DNA of 63,654 nt, counting the filler, from Reticulomyxa filosa (lineage: Eukaryota > Protista > Foraminifera), in the NCBI GenBank assembly GCA_000512085.1. It is 19 parts of 19 records of this genome, joined end to end, with 100 filler letters (N's around TTAATTAATTAA, not from the genome) between each part and the next. Parts side by side here need not be neighbours in the genome. Positions count along the whole stretch, not along the records: positions 58,461 to 63,654 come from ASPP01017201.1; 18 more parts are not named here. One strand, written 5' to 3'. The number at the start of each line of letters is the position of its first letter. The stretch's first letter is position 1. Shown here piece by piece: positions 62,678-63,654 of this stretch. The notes under the pieces were generated by a model. The model ran no database searches. It saw nothing but the letters and a program-made list of their open reading frames with translations, and had not been told where the DNA came from. The position numbers were made by a program, and so were the translations under genes.

Positions 62678-63654
62678 CACCTAAGGTCCAAATGATTCTT
62701 TTTTTTATTTATGTGTGAATAGGTCTTTTAATAATCAATAAATATATGTACATAATTTTTTTTTTAAATAACAAAACAATTTATAATTAAAACGTTTACG
62801 CATATTGTATGCATTGTACATGTTATTGGAAAAAAAGTTAGACAATGACGACAATTGACGACGACAACGGTAAAAAACGGAGCAAGTGTATTGATGATTG
62901 TAAAGGCAATGGACCAAACTGCGTTTCAAAAAAAAAGGTAAAGTTTTTAATTTTTTTTTTTGACATAGAGACAATACTTGTGTGTTTTCACAACAGTTCA
63001 CAATCGGTGATGAAAAAAAAAAAGGGATAGAAGCCACTTCCGTCTCCGAAAGGAGCAAAAAAGGTTTGTTATATTTTTTTTTAAATAACAATATATTAAT
63101 CTGTTGTATGATTGTATACAGGAGTCACCCGTCCACAAACAGCGTTACATTTTTGCCCAATGCCCTCAACACACACAAAATACTTTGGGGTCGAAGGCCA
63201 CTCCGTCTCCGAAAGGGGTAATAACGGTGTGTTATATTTATTTATATATATTTTTCTTTTGTTAAAATAAAGTTGTTGTGTGTATGTTATAAATAGGAAT
63301 TTCCTCAAGAAAAAAATATTCTTTTTTTTTGTATAATCTATGTATAAAAAAAACAAACAAACTGTGAGTGTTATAATATAGGAAAAGTAATTTGAAATGG
63401 AGCTTGAACTCCAAATCACATGTATGTATTCTTTTGTTTTTCTTCAAACATTTTAAAAAATAATTTTGTTTGTCTGTTTATATAGATTTACCATGACCCA
63501 GTGCTGTTGAAAAGAAATTGTAGAAGGGGGATGAATGGATAAAATGGGGGAAAAAAATGGATAAAAAGGGGGGTGGGTGCCACATTATTTTCATTTATCA
63601 TAATACACTTGTGTGGTTCCATATTTTTGTTTGTAACACTACAATAAGTGATTT

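Noticed and set aside
353-63447. Most short F/K/Y/I-rich ORFs in the track
   Set aside because: They derive from poly-A/T or (AT)n introns, or are antisense to real exons.

Overview
AT-rich, intron-containing eukaryotic DNA made of 19 unrelated contigs joined by an artificial 100-nt spacer (44 N + TTAATTAATTAA + 44 N), so adjacency across spacers is not biological. The gene families (expanded ICSGSxDxTIRxWD WD40s, MGN-Kelch proteins, TPR/ankyrin relics, orphan 7TM proteins) resemble the foraminiferan Reticulomyxa filosa or a relative; this is an inference. Intact genes end in TAA, TAG and TGA, consistent with the standard code. Recognisable genes: F-actin capping protein alpha, a RhoGAP tail, a SAPS/PP6R subunit, a PAP2 lipid phosphatase, a C2H2 factor, dolichol kinase, an F-box protein, Kelch, G-protein alpha, a Cys-type SelM/Sep15-family protein, an ankyrin protein, a calreticulin-family 5' end, a PPIP5K/VIP1 tail, a NEURL4-like ADP-ribosyltransferase, a SPRY protein, mitochondrial L27, a tetraspanin, a 2OG-Fe(II) oxygenase, three WD40 paralogs, a G6PD tail and an F-BAR protein, plus several decayed pseudogenes. 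The most interesting signal is a colinear ~30-aa module (W-x-R-x6-GWI-x-DF-x2-[LI]I) attached to the C-terminus of a Kelch protein and the N-terminus of a SPRY protein, a candidate lineage-specific F-box/SOCS-box-like adaptor. Other leads: an ART gene with an in-frame TAA-CTAG, an OmpA-like relic, a MITE-like palindrome and a His-to-Tyr change in the PPIP5K phosphatase domain. All exon structures were read by eye.
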